A stretch of DNA of 37,208 bases, taken from IMG/VR virus record IMGVR_UViG_3300028886_000020, positions 1 to 37,208 of that record. The stretch is one strand, 5' to 3'. The position numbers and the translations under genes were made by a program. Shown here in pieces: positions 32,960-37,208 of this stretch (position 1 is the stretch's first letter; every line of letters begins with the position of its first letter). The notes below the pieces were generated by a model. The model made no database searches, was not told where the DNA came from, and was given only the letters and a program-made list of their open reading frames with translations. The DNA comes from a virus.

Positions 32960-32978
32960 TTTGTCGAATTTTGTCGAA
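32960..32978 (+). repeat. Tandem direct repeat TTTGTCGAA x2 with 10-bp phasing, just upstream of the cassette promoter
   Basis: The repeat occurs at 32960-32968 and 32970-32978. Confidence 0.6.
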
Positions 32979-32987
32979 ACATCATTG

Positions 32988-33016
32988 TTGAAATTTGACA
33001 TAAAAAGGAATATTAT
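32988..33016 (+). promoter_or_regulatory. Putative sigma-A promoter TTGAAA-17-TATTAT for the two-gene cassette
   Basis: The -35 is at 32988-32993 and the -10 at 33011-33016. Confidence 0.55.
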
Positions 33017-33044
33017 AAAAGAAAACGCTTAGGGGGCATTTATT

Positions 33045-34046
33045 ATGGCAATAATTGGAATGAATATTTATGCTTTAAGAGCATATGATGAAAAAGGAAA
33101 AAAAGCAACACTTAATAGAATTACGGACAATAAAAGTATTATAGATGTAATTAAAGAATTTCTTATGGAAAAAAGTGGCGAAATTACGGATGATAATATA
33201 AAAGAAGAACTTTATAAGGTAGTTGATTGGGAAGAAGTTGTTCAAAAAGATGAAAATGATAATGAATATCAAACTTATCTATATGGAAGAATTAAATCAG
33301 GAAAATATGGAGTTGAAACAGACATAGTTAACAAAAAAGGTGATTTAAAATATAAACAAACACCTGAAGAAGCAGGTTTAAAACCATTTGATTTTTTAGT
33401 AGGTTTGTCAAAAGATGATTGTGATGAAACAATTATTGTATTACAGACTGTGAGTGGCTATGGAATAAAAGGCTTGTTAGAGAGAGAACTTAATAAATAC
33501 GTTTCAAGTACATATAATTATTCTAAAATCTTATTTAGTGCTATATATCCTAAATATTATTTGAAAAAATATATTGAAAAAGGTATAATAAAAAATATTA
33601 GATTATTGAGAAATAGAATACCAAAAGATGAAGCCGATAAATATGGAGTTAATCAAGGTAAGAAAAATACAAAATTCGAAATTAAGATATCAAGTGGAGA
33701 TGGATTTAAAAGAGGCATAATTGATAAAATTCACGATTGTATTGAAGGAAAATTAAGTTATGACAGAGTAGTAGAAATGCCATATTGTGATATTGATGAT
33801 GTTAAGATTGATATTAAAGTTGGTGGAAAAGATAAGATTATAAGCCTAAAAAATATAGACAGAGTAGTTGTGTCGGAAGATATTACTGATAAGGTACAAT
33901 GCATAGGTGGAAATCCAACTAAAGACACAGTAATTAGAGTTTTGTTAGAGAATGAAATAGATTATTTAATAGAAATGGGAAATATAGTAAGGATAGATAA
34001 TATAAAAAGTAGCATATTAACAAGTATAAACAATAGAAATGAGTGA
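33045..34046 (+). CDS. Unknown soluble protein (333 aa), first gene of the AT-rich cassette
   Basis: RBS AGGGGG lies 8 nt upstream. The frame is long and coherent, and visibly more AT-rich than the flanks. I recognise no family or catalytic motif. Confidence 0.7.
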   Translation: MAIIGMNIYALRAYDEKGKKATLNRITDNKSIIDVIKEFLMEKSGEITDDNIKEELYKVVDWEEVVQKDENDNEYQTYLYGRIKSGKYGVETDIVNKKGDLKYKQTPEEAGLKPFDFLVGLSKDDCDETIIVLQTVSGYGIKGLLERELNKYVSSTYNYSKILFSAIYPKYYLKKYIEKGIIKNIRLLRNRIPKDEADKYGVNQGKKNTKFEIKISSGDGFKRGIIDKIHDCIEGKLSYDRVVEMPYCDIDDVKIDIKVGGKDKIISLKNIDRVVVSEDITDKVQCIGGNPTKDTVIRVLLENEIDYLIEMGNIVRIDNIKSSILTSINNRNE

Positions 34047-34642
34047 TAATATTGAAATTTATAAACATTCAATATGTGTTAGGTCTTATAATTATGATAT
34101 CGTTGGTGTTAGGGCTGATTAAAAAAAATAGTTTTTTCTATATATTGGGAATAATTAAACATTATTTTAGAATATTTAAGAATGAAGATGGTTATGTTAA
34201 ATCTGCTATATATATATCAATAGTCTTGCCATTCTTGTTAGCTTTATATACTGGAAAATATATAGAATTAACAGATAAAATTTATGAAAATATATTTTTA
34301 GTAATAACTATATTAACGGCTTTGTTTTTTTCAGCCTTAGGAATAATATTAACAATAAAAGAAACTATTATGAAAAAAAGTGCAAATGATAATGGAAAAG
34401 AATGTAGTGCATCAGTAAGAAAGAAACTTAGTGATTTGACTGATTCCATATTTTACGCAGACTCATTTGAAATTATAATAAGTATTTTTATACTTATTAT
34501 AACATTTATTAATAGTTGTTTGAAAAATAAATTAGTAATTATCGACTTTTTTATTTATTATTTAATTTTTGTATTGCTGATAAATATGTTGTTATTGTTA
34601 AAAAGATTTTATACGGCAATAAATGAACTTATGAAGTATTAA
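34043..34642 (+). CDS. Unknown multi-pass membrane protein (up to 199 aa; 4-5 predicted TM helices), second gene of the cassette
   Basis: GTGA overlap with the upstream stop. Hydrophobic segments include VLGLIIMISLVLGLI, AIYISIVLPFLLALY, IFLVITILTALFFSALGIILTI, FEIIISIFILIITFI and FFIYYLIFVLLINMLLLL. The start is uncertain (GTG 34043, GTG 34076 or ATG 34094). Confidence 0.65.
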   Translation: MIILKFINIQYVLGLIIMISLVLGLIKKNSFFYILGIIKHYFRIFKNEDGYVKSAIYISIVLPFLLALYTGKYIELTDKIYENIFLVITILTALFFSALGIILTIKETIMKKSANDNGKECSASVRKKLSDLTDSIFYADSFEIIISIFILIITFINSCLKNKLVIIDFFIYYLIFVLLINMLLLLKRFYTAINELMKY

Positions 34643-34651
34643 ATATTGCAA

Positions 34652-34678
34652 AAGGAAGCTTATAGGCTTCCTTTTTTA
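34652..34678 (+). terminator. Intrinsic terminator after the cassette
   Basis: AAGGAAGC-TTATAG-GCTTCCTT followed by TTTT. Confidence 0.8.
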
Positions 34679-34706
34679 GTATATACAAAAGGCAGGTGAC
34701 AGGCAG

Positions 34707-35138
34707 ATGACTGATAAGCAGAAAAAGTTTTGTGATGAATATTTGATTGACTTAAATGCAACCAAAGCATATAAAGCAGCATATCCAAATGTGAAATCCG
34801 AAAGTGCGGCAATGTCAGGTGCTTCAAGATTGTTAAGAAATGTTAAGGTCAAAGCATATATTGATGAACAACTTGAAAAAATTAGTTCAGAAAAGGTTGC
34901 TGATGCAAAAGAAGTCATGGAATATCTGACATCTGTTTTGCGTGGTGAATCACAGTCAGAAATTGTTGTCATTGAAGGAACTGGTGATGGTTGTTCTGAT
35001 GCAAGAAGAATGAGTAAAGCACCGGATGAAAAGGATAGGCTGAAAGCTGCTGAACTACTTGGTAAAAGATATGGACTATTTAGTGAAAAAGTTGAGCTGG
35101 AAGGAGATATCGGTGTTACAATCGTTGATGATGTATGA
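34707..35138 (+). CDS. terS: Terminase small subunit (Terminase_2 / P27 family)
   Basis: MTDKQKKFCDEYLIDLNATKAYKAAYPNVKSESAAMSGASRLLRNVKV is the canonical N-terminus of this family. Confidence 0.9.
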   Translation: MTDKQKKFCDEYLIDLNATKAYKAAYPNVKSESAAMSGASRLLRNVKVKAYIDEQLEKISSEKVADAKEVMEYLTSVLRGESQSEIVVIEGTGDGCSDARRMSKAPDEKDRLKAAELLGKRYGLFSEKVELEGDIGVTIVDDV

Positions 35139-36409
35139 TAAGAATATCAGAAATAATTAATGATAATTTCAAGGACTTTTGGCGAAATTCCAAAGAACAT
35201 AAATATTTAAAATATGTACTAAAAGGTGGAAGAAATTCCGCTAAGTCAACACATATAGGTTTTAGAATAATAATGGATATAATGAAGTATCCAATAACTG
35301 CATTGGTGGTAAGAAAAGTTGGAAATACACTTTCAGAGTCAGTATATGAGCAGTTAAAAGAATGTATAGACATATTAGGTGTTGGAAATTATTTTGAATA
35401 TAAGGTGTCACCTTTGCAGATTATATATAAACCCAGAGGTAATAAAATAATATTTAGAGGTGCAGATGATCCAAACAAGATAAAGTCATTAAAGGTTTCA
35501 AGATTTCCGGTAGCAGATTTATGGATAGAAGAATTGGCAGAATTTAAGACGGAAAATGAAGTAACAACTATAGAGCAGTCAGTATTAAGAGCAGAACTTC
35601 CGAAAGGCTTGTTCTACTCTTTTTATTATTCATATAATCCACCAAAAAGAAAGCAATCCTGGGTTAATAAAAAATATAATACCGCAGTTATACCAGCAAA
35701 TACTTATATACATCACAGTATCTACAAGGACAATCCGCATATTTCCAAGGAAAGTATCATAGAAGCCGAAGAAATGCAAAGAAAAGAACCATATAAATAT
35801 AAATGGATATTTTTAGGAGAACCTATTGGTTCAGGAGTTGTTCCATTTAGTAATCTGGTATTTAGAAAGATAACAGATGAGGAAGTAAGAGCATTTGATA
35901 ACATAAGGCAAGGAACTGACTGGGGATATGCAACCGACCCTTTGGCATTTGTAAGATTACAGTATGATAAGACACGCAAAAAGATTATATTTATTGATGA
36001 AATCTATGGTGTGAAGATGTTTAACAGCCAATTATCAGAGAAAATGCATTGTAAAGGATATCATACATTAATTACTACAGCAGATAGTGCAGAACCTAAG
36101 AGCATATCAGAAATGAATAGTCAATATGGTTGCAGGTTTAGAGGTGCTAAAAAAGGTCCGGGAAGTGTGGAGTTTGGAGAAAATTGGCTTGATGAACTCA
36201 ATGAAATAGTCATAGATCCAAGTAGAACACCGAATGTAGCAAGAGAATTTGAAAGCATTGATTATGAAACAGACAGAGATGGCAACCCAAGAGCAAAGTT
36301 AGAAGATAAAGATAATCATACAATAGATGCTACAAGATATGCGCTTGAAGATGATATGGAACACAGAGTTGCACGCATTAGTAGTAAATCTAAGAAAGGA
36401 TTTATTTAA
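35135..36409 (+). CDS. terL: Terminase large subunit (PBSX / Terminase_3 family)
   Basis: Walker A-like LKGGRNSAKST. ATGA overlap with terS. 424 aa. C-terminal nuclease region has DNHTIDATRYAL. Confidence 0.9.
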   Translation: MIRISEIINDNFKDFWRNSKEHKYLKYVLKGGRNSAKSTHIGFRIIMDIMKYPITALVVRKVGNTLSESVYEQLKECIDILGVGNYFEYKVSPLQIIYKPRGNKIIFRGADDPNKIKSLKVSRFPVADLWIEELAEFKTENEVTTIEQSVLRAELPKGLFYSFYYSYNPPKRKQSWVNKKYNTAVIPANTYIHHSIYKDNPHISKESIIEAEEMQRKEPYKYKWIFLGEPIGSGVVPFSNLVFRKITDEEVRAFDNIRQGTDWGYATDPLAFVRLQYDKTRKKIIFIDEIYGVKMFNSQLSEKMHCKGYHTLITTADSAEPKSISEMNSQYGCRFRGAKKGPGSVEFGENWLDELNEIVIDPSRTPNVAREFESIDYETDRDGNPRAKLEDKDNHTIDATRYALEDDMEHRVARISSKSKKGFI

Positions 36410-36412
36410 TAT

Positions 36413-37208
36413 ATGAGTTATAAATTTACATATCCAAGAGAAAAATATGATGAAACATCATTAGATAAAAACTTAATATTAAAACTGATATTAAAGCACC
36501 AGGCATTTATAGAACGACTTAATAAAAATAAGAGGTATTATGACGGAAAACATTCTATATGTGAAAGAGAACGTGATAAGAACGCCCCTAATTTTAAAAC
36601 AGTATGTAATCACGCAAAAGATATATCAGATACAGCAACAGGGTACTTTATGGGTAATGCAATAACTTATAAAAACACAGGTGATGCTGATATAGAACAA
36701 TTGCTTGTGGCGTTTGATAAAGCAAATGTAGATGATACAGATAGTGATTTAGCCTTAGATATGTCAATATATGGAGTAGCATATGAATATGTATATGCTA
36801 AAGAGGGAGATACAGTTTTACAGACAAAAACACTTGAGCCTGAACAGACATTTATAGTATATGATGACACCATAGAGCAGAACGAACTCTTTGGTGTCTA
36901 TTATTATCTGCGAAAAGATGATGTCAACGACATTGGGTATTGGTATGCAACTGTGTGCACAGAACATTATATATATGTTCTGAATATTGAAAACAATACA
37001 ACCATTAATCAGACTGTAACCGAAGAACCTATATTACATAACTTCAATATGATGCCAATTAACGAATACCAGAATAACAAGGAAAATATTGGAGATTTTG
37101 AGCAGCAGATAGGACTTATTGATGCATATAATAATCTGATGGCAGACAGAGTAAATGACAAGGAACAGTTTATAGATGCGATATTGGTACTGTATGGAAC
37201 TTATTTAT
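36413..37208 (+). CDS. Portal protein, N-terminal part (runs off the window end and continues at base 128 of the circle)
   Basis: The ATG at 36413 lies 3 nt after the terL stop. The frame is open to the end of the window and in phase with frame 1 at the window start. Confidence 0.85.
   Translation, partial: MSYKFTYPREKYDETSLDKNLILKLILKHQAFIERLNKNKRYYDGKHSICERERDKNAPNFKTVCNHAKDISDTATGYFMGNAITYKNTGDADIEQLLVAFDKANVDDTDSDLALDMSIYGVAYEYVYAKEGDTVLQTKTLEPEQTFIVYDDTIEQNELFGVYYYLRKDDVNDIGYWYATVCTEHYIYVLNIENNTTINQTVTEEPILHNFNMMPINEYQNNKENIGDFEQQIGLIDAYNNLMADRVNDKEQFIDAILVLYGTYL
37082..37208. repeat. Second copy of the 127-bp terminal overlap
   Basis: Identical to bases 1-127. Confidence 0.9.

Noticed and set aside
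1-37208. CRISPR arrays, rRNA genes, canonical tRNAs, transposases or IS elements
   Set aside because: I found no regularly spaced identical repeats, no rRNA-like segments, no transposase-like ORFs, and no standard cloverleaf other than the aberrant element at 22716-22840.

Overview
The window is a complete temperate siphovirus or prophage genome from an AT-rich Firmicutes (Clostridia-like) host. Bases 1-127 are identical to 37082-37208, so the contig closes into a circle of about 37,081 bp and the portal gene wraps across the junction.

Module order on the + strand:
- Portal (C-terminal part), a MuF/gp7-like minor head protein with an extra HExxH C-terminal domain, scaffold and major capsid.
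- Connector and neck proteins, major tail protein, and tail chaperones with a T_TTT_TTT -1 slippery site.
- Tape measure, a short baseplate protein and a 1655-aa tail fibre with an S74-type C-terminal chaperone.
- Lysis genes: membrane protein, r1t-type holin, and an Amidase_2 plus ChW-repeat endolysin.

The lysogeny module is on the - strand. It holds a large serine integrase with an adjacent attP-like dyad, a membrane-anchored FtsK-gamma/Mrr-nuclease fusion, an ImmA/IrrE protease and an XRE repressor.

A divergent promoter switch then leads into the + strand early genes:
- Cro-like HTH, several micro-ORFs and two Cys-rich mini-proteins.
- DUF1351-like protein, ERF annealase, HNH-motif protein and RusA.
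- wHTH protein and DnaD-like replisome organiser with internal iterons.
- PcfK/PcfJ-like pair, Lar-like protein and an ArpU/RinA-like late activator.
- terS and terL.

Most interesting items:
1. An AT-rich two-gene moron (333-aa soluble protein plus an overlapping 199-aa multi-TM protein) with its own promoter and terminators, inserted between the late activator and terS. It has RexA/RexB-like architecture and I recognise no family for either protein.
2. The TM-FtsK-gamma-Mrr fusion in the lysogeny module.
3. A 125-nt tRNA-like element (canonical T-arm plus 7-bp acceptor) that fits neither a tRNA nor a tmRNA.
4. Hairpins with C5-T(T)AA loops at module boundaries.
5. A MuF-HExxH candidate toxin with a candidate immunity gene.

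All family calls come from motif recognition by eye. No searches were run.
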